DNA of 63,971 bases, the filler included, from Catajapyx aquilonaris (taxonomy: Eukaryota), in assembly GCA_000934665.2 (NCBI GenBank). It is 4 parts of 4 records of this genome, joined end to end, with 100 filler letters (N's around TTAATTAATTAA, not from the genome) between each part and the next. Parts side by side here need not be neighbours in the genome. Positions count along the whole stretch, not along the records: positions 48,141 to 63,971 come from JYFJ02007389.1; 3 more parts are not named here. One strand, given 5' to 3'. A program made the position numbers and the translations under genes. This document shows, one piece after another, positions 51,944-63,971 of the stretch (its first letter is position 1; every line of letters starts with the position of its first letter). Below the pieces are notes generated by a model. That model worked only from the letters and a program-made list of their open reading frames with translations. It was not told where the DNA came from and made no database searches.

Positions 51944-52947
51944 CTAGCAGGTTACCCGGCGTTGCCCGGGTATGTTGGGGTGCTGGTAAAGATAGGGGTA
52001 CATAATATACAGTATTTTAGGAAGTGTGCTTGTTTGTAAAAATTTCCCTTCCATACACTCGAAACTCGATATGTCTTAAAATAGGCCCTATAAGTTGCAA
52101 TAAGCCAAAGTTTGTCACTCTCTGTGATAGATTACCTGCTTGTCTCATAGCGTATGTAGTCGACACAGATATTCTGATTGGATGTGTAAAAAGAGGAATG
52201 CAGATGGAGTTGCTGGACCAGGAAAAGACTGCACAGTGCACAGCCATGTGTTTTCCCCCCTGCATTTTTGACCCCTTGACCCTCCAACTCCACTTCACAC
52301 CCCCACCTCGTTACATATGTTTGCTATGATGAAATTTAGAAATGTACGTACAGATCTCGGTACAGATGCATGGTGGGTATGTAGAACTTCGAGTTACAGA
52401 AATTCGAGTTAGGGAAGTTCATTTCCTATTATTTTACATTGTGACCAACCAAGCTCATCATTTTCTTCGACTTATAGAGAACTTCGACTTAGGGAAGTTC
52501 GACTTATGGGAGTTTTACTGATATTTTATTGTACTTATTTTCGTCTGGAAGTCTAGTTGTAAATCCCACAAAATCCCGGAATGACCATACGATACGAACT
52601 CACGTGAGGTGGCCAATTAGCGCAATTGGTGGATGCGTTGAATTTACGGCAATGCTTTAATTTCCTATAGGTATTGTTGCATAAGGGAATTTCCATGGGA
52701 ATGTGAATTGATATATTGCTTTTTGATGTTTATGTAAGTTAATTGTTGAGACCCGTGAAGTGAGAAGATTCGGGAATATGCGTGTTGTGGGAGTTAGGTT
52801 CATTTTCGGAAGCTGAAACATGCGGCATTAAATTCCTTGAAAAATGTAACCCCCGATATGCTAATTGAAGGCGGTGTAGGGGCCTTCCCCTGGATTTCTA
52901 TAAGGGACAAACAAACTGACAAACTTCCTTATTTATAGATATAGAGA
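51944..52947 (-). mobile_element. Non-autonomous Helitron, 1004 bp
   Basis: On the minus strand it starts TC and ends CTAG, with the hairpin TACCCGG-N6-CCGGGTA (51953-51972) just inside the 3' end. It is inserted between A and T with no TSD. The empty site is visible in the duplicate at ~58012. Confidence 0.92.
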
Positions 52948-53344
52948 TAATTATTACAAATAAAATATCAGATACAGATGAGATACAGAGTCTGACAACA
53001 GTGTGTGCTAGTTTCCAGATTTACGGTGACCATATTTTGAAAGCCATCAGGACACCCCCTTCCCGCACCATCCCTTCACGAAAAGCAAGTTATACTATGT
53101 TGGGTTTATCACTTTATGACTTTTTATGTTCATAGACATAGTTTATCTTTATGAATAATTATGTGACATTAATTTTGTTCGTTCAACAGGCTCGGAAAGT
53201 AATGGAGGAGGATAGGTTCGCATTGTGATTGGTCAAGCAGGGTTAGAAATAAAAAATCCCTAAAATATGAATTAGTACCTCATTTTGCCGATTTTCGAGC
53301 TCAAATTTCTCGAGGTACGACTGGACCGATTTTGACATTTGGTA

Positions 53345-54257
53345 TGTCAATCTGTTTCTTGGGTCATCCCCTATTCAGAAATGCATAAACCATTCTTTAC
53401 CCATGAGGGATAACTGATCAGTGAACTTTCAAACATATGGGTGCATGATTCCGTGCACCGCCTTATGCACCCATACGTTTGAAAATTCGCTGATCAGTTA
53501 TCCCTCATGGAGAGACAGTAGAAATTGTCATAATGACAATCCGACAATTTTGCAAAAGTGATGCGATTGTCGCGAAATTGATATAGTCACGTCATATGCT
53601 GAAGTTATGCCTAAATTCGGCATTGTCGATATCGACAATATGGACATAAATGGCTTCATTCCGACATTTTCAAGTCTTTCCAACATTTTGAGGAATTTCC
53701 CCCATACTTTTTTTTAAAAAAAAGAACTTATTGACTCTCAGTCGTTGATGAAAAGTGTCCCGAGTTTTCAAGATGCAAGTATAGAAGACGCTGTCCTTGG
53801 ATTCAGAGAACTTGTAGACGTGGTCTGGTACAGGGATGCGCCTATGTTATATGCCCTTTTGGCAATGAAGGAAGAGCATCCTGATTTTTGTGCACAAATT
53901 GCCTTAAAGCTCTTTGGTTCCCCACATCCAATGTGGACTGTGAAAGGTTTTTTTTCTACATTTTCAATGGTCCTGACCGATAAGCGGACAAATTTAACTC
54001 TGACTAACTTAGAAAAATAATCCTTTCTGCTCTTGCATATGAAAATCCAAAATAAGGAAATAATTTATTTCCTTATATTGGATTTTCATACAAATAAATA
54101 CTTTTGTACCAAGAATTCATCTGTTCATTCCACAAATTGACCATTTCATTCCAACAATTTGGGCATTTCATTCCAACAATTCCTACTGTCCCTACTCATG
54201 GGTAAAGAATGGTTTATGCATTTCTGAATAGGGGATGCTCCAAGAAATAGATTGACA
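53345..54257. mobile_element. Element with 63-bp inverted arms, an internal 110-bp hairpin (53401-53510) and a hAT-like transposase C-terminal relic (53745-54020, +)
   Basis: Arms at 53345-53407 and 54195-54257. Peptide VKGFFSTFSMVLTDKRTNLTLTNLEK resembles the hAT C-terminal (ERxFS...R..L...NLE) motif. Confidence 0.6.
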
Positions 54258-54731
54258 CGGACGTCATTGTTGAACTTTCCATTGTTATATCTCCGTGAGA
54301 TTTGACTCCAGCGGCTTCAAATTGAGGATTTCGCAATTAGGTGTGGATACCTACCTACTTGATTTTTTCAGTTACATCGGAAGGGGTCAAGCCACAACTA
54401 TTCAGAAACAGAATTGAGATGGAATGACCCAATTATCATTATTTTCCTCACATGAATGAAATTCCATCTTCATATGACAGCATAGAGATCCCACACTGAA
54501 ATTATCACTAGACCTTCAGTAGATGTGTACCAATATGTGTGAATTTTAGGAACATTTTAAATCATACCTATTTTTGGAAAATGTAAAAAGAAATTTTGAA
54601 AAGTCCCGAAAAACGTATGTGTCCTGAATAACAATACATGTTACATATATATCATATGAAAGCCCTATTCATTGGCTTTAAAATGAGATCATTGCCAGCA
54701 TGTATCTGGAACGGTTCTCTGGGCAATCTAA

Positions 54732-55328
54732 CCCTTAACTGGCATCCTCATTTAGCCATGCTTAACTGGTATCGTGGGGTCCTTTTTGGACCCCACGTCG
54801 TTTTTTCGATTACAAACTTACATTAACAAAAAAATCAAAATATAAATGCTTCCTAAATTAGGCCGGGACTATAAGTGGCAGATAGAAAAAAAAATTGACC
54901 TCCTCTGACCCTTGGTTGACTGATGAGGCGGTGTTTACTGTTTACCCGTATCTCACATAAGTGACCCAGCAGCTGTAATGGTAGTCTCCTTACAATACTA
55001 TACATAGATAATTTTTTTTACACCTCTGCGATTTTTTATGATTGCTACATCATGAATTTGCCGTGTCTATTTTTTAGGGTCGGAAAAAACTGGTCGCTAA
55101 CTGGTAACGTGGGGTCCTTTTTGGACCCCAAGACGACTAGTGAGCGTTTAAATGACGTTAACTCCCATTCGAAATTTTTTTCGTCGCTCATAATTTTTTT
55201 TCAGGTGCGAAAGAGTATAATTCAGGAATATAGGTGTGGGAATTTTCATTTTGACAAAAACCTGCTTCAAGGTGGTGACATAAGTATACCCTGGGGTCCA
55301 AAAAGGACCCCACGATACCAATTAAGGG
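54732..55328. mobile_element. piggyBac-like MITE
   Basis: Ends CCCTTAACTGG..TATCGTGGGGTCCTTTTTGGACCCCA / TGGGGTCCAAAAAGGACCCCACGATACCAATTAAGGG|TTAA. The left flank is CTAA. Confidence 0.7.
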
Positions 55329-55654
55329 TTAAAGGTTTGTCGGTGAGCGGTTTTTGGGAGGTTTTGCAATTATTGAACATTCCAAAATTCAAAAACCGAT
55401 GACAGGAAAAAAAATTTAAAAAATATTTTTGTCCATGTCAGATGGGAAGGAACAGGTCTCCCAAAAATTAGCCAAATCCATGACATCAAAATCCAAAACT
55501 TATTATTTATTTGATGATTTGACATGGAATGACTCTCTTGTTTTTTGTTTCACAAGTAAGTTTTGTCCAGTATTTGACATCATTTTGTTTGTGTCAAACA
55601 CTGCTTTATTGACATAAATATGTCCTGAAAAAATGTTATTCTTTATAAATCCAA

Positions 55655-55820
55655 CCAATGCACCGAATTTCATGAAAATCGGTGATGCCGGGATTTTAGG
55701 AGCTGACCTTTGGCCCCCTCAAAAATGAGTCGCAGGATCATTTTGAGCAGGTAACTTTAGGTGCGTTTTTCATCCCTTGGGGTGGGCTACCAATGCATCA
55801 AATTTTAAGAAAATCGGCGA
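55655..55820. repeat. Dispersed copy of the ~134-bp unit seen at 96-470
   Basis: Shared CCAATGCACCGAATTTCA.GAAAATCGGTGA and GGTGCGTTTTTCATCCCTTGGGGTGGGCTACCAATGCA. Confidence 0.85.
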
Positions 55821-56148
55821 GTGACACTTGGATAGTGTCCCTTGTGAGTTTGAAAAGGAGAATATTCCGTGACTACTCTCATCCGCCTATATAAGCTTCG
55901 AACGGTACAACTGCCACCTGAAATGCCAAGTACCACAGCCTATGAAGGAAGGGGGGGGGGGGGTGCCAATCAAGTCTCAAAAGTTAGAAGACATATCCAA
56001 GGTGATGAGGTATGTAGATTAAAACTTCATCACCTTTTATATGATGATATCATGACTTGGCAGACTGAGGAGAAAGAAAGTGACTCTGAAAAAGAGGACT
56101 GATAACACTGTGATCATCTCATGTTTGTACGAGTACGTTTCAAATTAA

Positions 56149-56149
<1 letters not shown>

Positions 56150-56235
<86 letters not shown>

Positions 56236-56280
56236 TATTGTACCCCGTGATGACCCTTACGGGTTCTATAGGGGGGTGGT
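56150..56280 (-). repeat. (TTA)n microsatellite, probably the tail of a minus-strand retroelement 3' end
   Basis: About 84-bp TTA run next to the stem-loop ACCC-GTAA-GGGT (minus strand). Confidence 0.7.
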
Positions 56281-57069
56281 ATACCACCATTTTTCCTCAA
56301 TTTTCTAAGTTAACTTCAGTCACTCCGGTGCAGGGAAACAGGGACATTGGGTATGGATTGGGATTTTTTGGGGAGGGAACATGGGTGCAAGGTGCAATGT
56401 CGTAGCTATGGGTCATGTGCTGTTCCCCAGGAGGTTATTAGGTTGCCGACACCTCCTTGCTTGGTGTAGGTCAGACTAGACCCTCCTGACGCAGGAGAAA
56501 GGTAGTCTCCCAGGCGGAAATCAAATAATATGTATACACAATACAACTCATCCTTTACATATTATGCATTGTACAGTTATTTTGAAAAGGGCATTATGAT
56601 TATTACAACAATTTGAATACCATATTGCAACAATGTGAAGCGATGGGCGAGTAACATGTGAGTGTGGTGTAATGCACTGTGACTTTCACAATAAAACTGC
56701 TATTTGACATTTTTAATAGAGAGCACCATTTAAATAATATTCAGTTTTTCTTGTGTCCTAAAAAAGGTTCAATTATTATTATTGATTTTTCTTCTCTCAG
56801 GAAACCTTATGCTAATAAGCATTGTCTTGTTTACCACCTATTTTTTCCTATTTCAGGCACTTCAAGTTCCATTAAAATTGGTGGAATATGGCAGGAGCAA
56901 TTAAGTATTTTGTATTTGTGGACTGCAAATCATTAATACTTATGCGGATTTTTTTTTTTTTTTTGCATTACCCCATATCAACACATATATGGGGGGTGGA
57001 TTACCACCATCGGGAATATTTTTTTGGAGCGAGTCAAGATTTAATCTTGTTAGTATGCTCCAAGGTAAT

Positions 57070-57285
57070 TAGGAGGGGATGTGCAAAGTGCGTGTGCGCG
57101 GGCGAGTAGTGGTAATTTTGTGAACTCCCCCGGGTGGCTTAGTCTATCGGAAATTGCCACCCGAAACGAAGCCAGAGATGGCCCAACTCTGCACGAAAGA
57201 AGGTGGGAACCCCGGGTGGGGATTGAACCCGGGACCTTAACTTCCGTGGGCGCGCGCGTTACCGCGGCGCCACTCCGTCTCCCTG
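57070..57285 (-). mobile_element. tRNA-derived SINE-like element
   Basis: Minus strand GGGAGACGGAGTGGCGCCGCGGTAACGCG...GGTCCCGGGTTCAATCCCC has A and B boxes with an unpaired anticodon stem, followed by a non-tRNA body. Confidence 0.6.
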
Positions 57286-57379
57286 ACTTATGCGGAATAT
57301 GAAAGGCAATGTGAGAGAGAAAGGTGGTGTAGAGCCGTTGGGTATCAGTTCGATTCGGAGAGGTCAATGACATCCGTTC

Positions 57380-58292
57380 CATAAACTGTGGTAAACCCTC
57401 CCGGAACATTTACCCAACAGCCGGAACAGCACTTCGTAATATACACGACAGGCTGTCGGATTTACTTTCACGTTTAGTCTCGAAAGCTTTGAAAATGGAA
57501 CAATCCTATTTTTTGAGCAGAAATGTATTCGGAAATTGCCGACCCCTTTTTTAACACCGTACCCTATAAATTCTCACCCACGTACGACGTACCTTATCCA
57601 ACAAGTACGATCTCAGGTCGGCAATAATCTGCCTCCGATTCTGGGCAGGTGATACGATTCTGAATGCCGGGAACGGCGTACGGAGACCTTCCTTTCTAAG
57701 ACCCTCTCCTCCTCCGTGTGAAGGTAAGAAGAAAAAATTGGCAAAGATGGCGGCTCAAAATCGAACACAACCAGGTTGGTTGAACGCTCGGCCAATGAGG
57801 TAGAAGCTTTCAGCAGATAAGAATGAAACTCCGCTTCTCATTGGCCGAGAGTCATTACGTCACCGATTCTTCCAGAAATATCGATACATCGATACATCGA
57901 TACATTTAGACTATCTGTAAATATATTGCACTTTTTTTTTTTGCGGATCGTAATTATACTAGAGGTGGTGCAGGGAGGGGAGAAGTGGAGGAGAGTGTTA
58001 AGTTATTAAATATAATTATTACAAATAAAATATCAGATACAGATGAGATACAGAGTCTGACAACAGTGTGTGCTAGTTGCCAGATTTAAGGTGACCATAT
58101 TTTGAAAGCCATCAGGACACCCCCTTCCCGCACCATCCCTTCACGAAAAGCAAGTTATACTGTCTTGGGTTTATCACTTTATGACTTTTTATGTTCATAG
58201 GCGTAGTTTATCTTAATGAATAATTATGTGACACATTAATTTTGTTCATTCAACAGGCTCGGAAAGTAATGGAGGAAGATATAGGCTCGCAT
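57380..58292 (-). repeat. Direct duplicate of 51322-51943 + 52948-53223 (promoter / first-exon block, distal copy, no Helitron)
   Basis: Near-identical over ~900 bp. It retains the donor at 57593/57592, an intact AAGATGGCGGC, both CCAAT boxes and the DRE cluster. Confidence 0.93.
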
Positions 58293-59650
58293 GCCGCATC
58301 ACGCATGTCGATTGTGTTCCTCTTTTGCTTTTGGAATGCACTATATAGTGACACATTCTTTCGCTTGAACCTCCAAGTACGGTGCCTCTGCGAAGCTTCG
58401 TAATTAAAAAAGTTGTGAATTACTTTTTGATTCGTATCATATTGTCCTCAGCTACGTGGAGTCAAGTGAGGGAGGGTGTGACCCCGGGGCTGCCCTTGGA
58501 CCAGTTTGGCTGTACGTTACTGCCGATGGAAAAATTGTCCTTGGAATTAATCAGTCCACTAGTCTATGCTAGATCTTAAACAAGTTTGTGCTCGAGTAGG
58601 TTGAAGGGGTAGACTACAAGGCAGGTAACGGGAAGGAAAATGCAGACCTTCTGGGGCTGATCTGAAAAGATTACTTCAAATGAGTATTAAAACGTCACTG
58701 TACAATATTGTCGAGCACACACAACATTCAATGTATATAGTTGCTGGGTTCTGAAAAATATTACCAACAAATGTTATTGTGGCTTTGCCAAGCACATATT
58801 CCAGCGACTGATGGCCAAGCCGCAATAACATTTGTTGACCTGCGGCGCATAAAGAAGGACCAAGTGTTGTTGAGCAGATACTGTCCAACCTCACCTTCAA
58901 TGACCCGAGGGCGGCCCCGGGGTGGAGAAGACCATCCATTCGGCGGAGAGCATCAAACGGTGTTCGTCTCAAATCATCTGCCCCCGAGTCCCCATGTAGC
59001 CTGGCCTCTTCGGCTGGACCCCCAGGGCGCGCCCTGGTGCTCCTCCAAGGCCCAAAAGGACCAGGGGCCATCCAGACGATGAATGTGGATCAAAGGAGCG
59101 GTAAAGAAAAATGCCGATTAACCCGCCATTATGATTGAGACAAAGGGAATAATGTTAATCACATTTACCGCAGCCCGAAGCGGCGCCACCAATATCCCCT
59201 ATTTCCAAATTTTGGAATAAATATTTGAATTTTGAATTGAATTTTTGAATAAACATTTGGATTTAACATTAAATTTTGGAATAAATAGTTGAATTTTACA
59301 TTGCATTTTTGAATAAATATATTAATTTATACAATTTGAATATAATAACAATACAATAACAATTTGAACTTTCCGCACATGATACAGCGCCAGATTGGAC
59401 CAATCAGAATGGGTTTACACCATCCACCACACTGCAATAGTGCGCATGCGTATAGCAAGGAACGCGTTATGATTGGCTGTCATTTCGCATATAGTTTCCA
59501 TGGATGGTTATACCATCCAGTATATCATCACACTGCGCATGCGTCTTGGAAGATAGCGAGCTCCGACTGGCTGTATCAAGGGAGCTTGTCACATGTAAAT
59601 GGCTACATAATTAACCAAGACATCATTGGGACTCAACGAGATATAAATAG

Positions 59651-59933
59651 GATAGAGGCCGTAAAGGTCGGGCCATGCCACTTCACGGCAAGAACACGCG
59701 CGAATTTGAATTTGCCGTATTTCTAACCCTCTGCGTATACACTCCTGCCTCCTGGCGGGGCTGGGAATAAATGGTAACTTTCACCAGACTGTATTTCATT
59801 TCCAGCCCCACCAGGAGGCAGGAGTGTACGCAGAGGAGAACAGGGCTAGAAATACGACAATTTCAAAGTTCTTGCCGTGAAGTGTCATGGCCGCCAATTG
59901 CATCAAAGATGGCCGACCTTTACGGCCTCTATC
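59651..59933. mobile_element. Fold-back (almost fully palindromic) MITE-like element
   Basis: Nested inverted arms: GATAGAGGCCGTAAAGGTCGG / CCGACCTTTACGGCCTCTATC, CACTTCACGGCAAGAAC / GTTCTTGCCGTGAAGTG, TACACTCCTGCCTCCTGG / CCAGGAGGCAGGAGTGTA. Confidence 0.75.
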
Positions 59934-60819
59934 TGCCTCTAACCAGCCATCATGCTCTACCCTATTTACATCTCGAAGCGTGAGTCTTTAGCCTGTACCA
60001 CGGCTGTAGAAGACAGGTTAGGTCACTCCCCACCAGCACATGGACACTTCTATCCCAGCGCAATAGAAAAGGCCGATCCGTTATTCCTCCCCGCAGCGGC
60101 GCTAGTAAAACAATGGAATCTCGCTGTGCGTGTCGTTCATTCGCCATAACAACTATAGCGACGATAGCGACCCTCCTCCCGATTACTAGGTTTATCAGCG
60201 ACCCCCCTCCCGATTACTACCGATCACGGTCTTAGGCTACCGATAGCGTATACCAAGATGGCCGCAATATGGAGATGTTCACGATCCAGGTCACATCATG
60301 GCCACCTCCAGTCAGCGCCACGGCGGGAATGAGTAACGTAACGCAAAATGGCGGCGAGTTTCCCGACCTCTCCTTCTAAGACCGTGGGCTGGCCTGTACC
60401 CTTGCTCCTTGCTCCTTGCCCGCGCGCCACCAACGGTCATTTCCGGAACTACCCGCGAGTTGAACCGGTTTGAACGTATGATTTAGTGTTGCGTGTTGCA
60501 CTATGAGATTATAATGTGTGTGTTTTTTAAATTGTACCGGTGCCTGCCACACATAACTAACCTAACCTAACCACCCGATAGACCACCCCCCAGCCCCTTC
60601 TATATTATATTCTACCGTTAATTAACCCGTTGTCATTTACGGCACCTATGGCCACAGTTTGAATTTCGCGGGCGGATGTGACGTCATGACTTGGCCCAAA
60701 CTTTGGAGGCCTCGTGAGCCCTAACCAGGCATCGTAGAGCAATATGACCTTCACTTCCATATACTGGTTTTTCACAAGGAATCTCGCTACCTGAAGCTTG
60801 TGCGCCATTTACCGACCAC

Positions 60820-61326
60820 CCTTTGGGCCGTCCTAACCTCACACCCTGTCGGCCAGTTAGGGGATTTCTCTTTCGTCTCGCGTCTGCTGTTGGTTGGGTA
60901 TGGATCTTTCCTCGCTTGCGTCGTCCTTTTGCTGATTGTTCTAGCATGTTGGCAAATGTGTGCAAGCCCGACACAAACCCTGACTGCTGGGTTCGGCAAT
61001 ATAATGACATGTTTTTACCGAGTTTCAACATTGCCTCTTCAAAGGTTTTTGGATCATCCTTCATCAAGGCATCCAACTTGTCAATGAATTGGTTACGAAA
61101 GCATAGTGCTTCATGTGATATAGGAAAGATCCATACCCAACCAACAGCAGACGCGAGACAAAAGAGAAATCCCCTAACTGGCCGACAGGATGTGAGGTTA
61201 GGGCGGCCCAAAGGCCAACCGCAATCATCAAAAGAGCATGGCTATGCCACACCGGTCGGGAAACGCAAAGTTAGGCCACACTCCTTATCTACATGCATTG
61301 ATTCAAATGTTTCGGTGGGGCATTGA
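60820..61326. pseudogene. Rearranged C-terminal relic of a probable MULE/SWIM-type transposase
   Basis: Minus strand: SGLHTFAN..RGKIHTQPTADARR..GRP. Plus strand: GKIHTQPTADARQ..GRPK..KVRPHSLSTCIDSN*. A 93-bp inverted duplication spans 60820-60912 / 61122-61214. Family assignment is from motif memory. Confidence 0.55.
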
Positions 61327-62160
61327 GAGTAATAAAATAAAAATAGAATTGGAAAAATGTTGCAAATCATGTGTTAAAGTTTCTCTGCCTTTTACAGCAA
61401 TATAAACCTGCGATGATGCGCTGCAAACACGACCTCGAGGTGTTCTGAAATTTTGGGCACGTTTTATTATTTCCACCGGGCGGCATCACCTGGACATCAC
61501 GTGGGCATGGTATCACCTTGGGTCACCAATGACATGACCGTTTGTCGCACCGGAACCCGCGTTGCAGGTGGAGTAAGAAGGAAATCAGTCTTGGCGCATT
61601 CAAATCTGCCGTGCAAAGACATAATAATAATTATGTTTTATATATTATGGTCAATATGCTGCCCATAATAGCGGGCTAAATGGTTGCTGTTAAAATTATA
61701 AGTATATGCAACGCGCGCCATCGCAAAACCAGCATTTTGGCAAATTTTTTTTGCAGCAGCCACTGCCAAGCGGCCATTTTGTCATTTTCAAACATGACTA
61801 ATCCACTCGTGACGTCATGTCACGTGACGCCCAGACACACGACGTCACTTCCTTTTAGACTATTCGCAAGCGCAGCAAAGTGGCTGACATCTAGCGGACA
61901 AAATCAGGGTTACAAAAAATGGCGGCCACGAGGGGTCCAGAGCAGGCCGCGTGGAGCAGATGGGAAAGGTGGGGATGAGAGGGAAAGGGCCACCAAATAA
62001 GAAATATTGCTGTGTGTGGCAGTGTAACTCATGGCTAAATGCGCGTGATGGAATATTGATCTACAGATTTCCAAAAGACTAGGCCTTGAAACGGGAAAGG
62101 GAGGTCAGGCTGAAATTAGGAAAAAAAGCCACGCAGACTATGTATGTGAGCAGCACAAAT

Positions 62161-63575
62161 ACGACGACGACAACAACAACACGACATTTCCCTATGAGGG
62201 GTAGTCAGCGATGAAAGGAGACGCAAGCTAACCCAACATATGAACTAATAAAACTCATGAGAATAAACCTAAAAACAACCTGTCCCACCCCCCACCCCTG
62301 CCCACCTCAGACATCACCTTATCCTCAGACATATTTACCTATTTACCCATTAATTAACCTACGCCATTTACACCTATCCAAACAAACAACCCTAGCCTCA
62401 GCCACGTCCATGGTCCTATTGACACAAGAACGTCTCGGCTTAACACTAGCAACACCCTTAAGACACTGACCCACCTGATCCAACCAGGTCTTCCTAGGCC
62501 TACCCTTGGCCCTCTTACCAACTACTCCACCCAAATAAACCTTCTTCACAATCTCCTCCTCCTTCATCCTCTCCACATGGCCAAACCACCTTAGAGTAGA
62601 CCTACACACCTTATCTTTAACAGTCTCCTTAACATTACACCTCTCCAAAATCTCCTCATTCCTAATCCTATCGAACTTGGTAACCCCACAAACAGCCCGG
62701 AGATAACGCATCTCTGTAGCCAACACCCTACTCTTATGCTTATCTGACCAAACCCACGCTTCACTACCATACATAAGTGAAGGAACAATAACGTGAGAGT
62801 AGACAGACAACCTACAGGCAGAAGATAACCTTACTTCTAGAAAACTTATTACTTGTGGCACCTATTACTTTCAACCCAGAACTAACTCTCCTGTCTATTT
62901 CCCCATCAATTCTACCATTACTCTCAAGGACACTACCCAGGTATACAAACTGGCTGACCTGCTCAACCAGTTTTCCTCGTACCTGCAACGTACAAGGAGA
63001 AACCTGCTGTCCCCTCTCAAATACCAACACCTTAGTCTTATCTACGTTAATCCTCATACCTCTCTTTTCACAAACATTATCTAACTTGCATAGGATCAAC
63101 TGTAAATCAGCCTCACTCTCCGCCAGAAGGGCAGAATCATCTGCATACAGCAAGTGACTCCTCACCAAACTGCACTCCTACACCTTCAACCATAGCTTCC
63201 CTTACACATGCATCTAAGTACAAATTAAATAACCAGGGAGACATGACACAACCCTGCTTAACCCCAACACTATAATGTTAAACCAGTCGGAGAAAACCCC
63301 CACTAGTTCTTACACAAGCTCTACTCTCTTCATACAATGACTTATTTACACTTTTACAGCATCCAACAGGCGGCCCTTCACTCCATAGAGACTCAGAACT
63401 TCCCACAAACCTTCCCTACTTACTGTGTCGTATGCTTTCTCTAAGTCTACAAAGTCAACAAAAACCTTCTTGTTTACAGCTAAATACTTTTCTATCACGA
63501 GTCTCATACAGAATATCTGATCTACACAACTCTTACCCGACATAAACCCACTCTGAATATTCATTATTCTCTGAC
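62161..63575 (-). mobile_element. 5'-truncated, frameshifted RTE-clade LINE (reverse transcriptase)
   Basis: RT motifs in broken frames: QSGFMSGKSCVDQIF, FVDLEKAYD, GVKQGCVMSPWLFN, LLYADD, INVDKTK, FVYLGS, LMYGSEAW, LRWFGHVERM, GRPRKTW. The 3' UTR ends in a (GTT/GTC)n tail. Confidence 0.93.
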
Positions 63576-63971
63576 TTAGCCGTCCAGCAATAATGCATTT
63601 TATTCATTCATTACACTCACGCCATATTCCCAAGATGGGGTTACCAGCGATGACCAGGTACAAATACAATCCACCTGACCATCTCGAACGACCAGTTCAA
63701 TGAATCCTTTGGTGACTGGTCAGGCCACGCAAAGGATATTTATAATGAAAAGGGTGATAATGAAAAAGATGATATGAATATACATACATACACATAAACA
63801 CTCGCACAATGTACACATATAAACATACAAAAATTCGCATTAAAACTATGCAAAAACAATGTAAACTGTCCAGAACGAAGTGGTGTGTTTGATGGGCGAT
63901 GTAAACAGCTGTCACCATGGAAGACAACATCTCACCCAAAGGTGATAGCTAGTGCTAGTTGACGATCGTCT

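Noticed and set aside
58450..59082. Protein-like reading frames near 58.5-59.1 kb
   Set aside because: They have in-frame stops and no family I can recognise; cannot be supported without a search.

Overview
AT-rich, repeat-dense eukaryotic DNA, most likely from an arthropod (inferred from gene and transposon content). It is four ~16-kb contigs joined by artificial 100-bp linkers (44N-TTAATTAATTAA-44N at 16209, 32114 and 48041), so adjacency across a linker has no biological meaning. Contig 1 has two tandem, strongly diverged orphan Cys-loop ligand-gated ion channel genes on the minus strand: one complete (8 exons, 437 aa, anion-type PGR pore) and one that runs off the left edge. Between them lie a decayed hAT transposon and an intact-looking tRNA-Ala(CGC). 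Contig 2 has a 10-exon DEG/ENaC (pickpocket-like) channel gene (573 aa) with a 148-bp MITE just before its ATG, plus many MITEs and SINEs. Contig 3 has no recognisable gene. Contig 4 has a highly diverged, C-terminally truncated UBC9 (SUMO E2) paralog. Its apparent promoter and non-coding first exon are duplicated about 6 kb apart, and the proximal copy carries a Helitron. Contig 4 also has transposase relics and a 5'-truncated RTE LINE. All gene models were spliced by hand from the sequence; no database searches were run.
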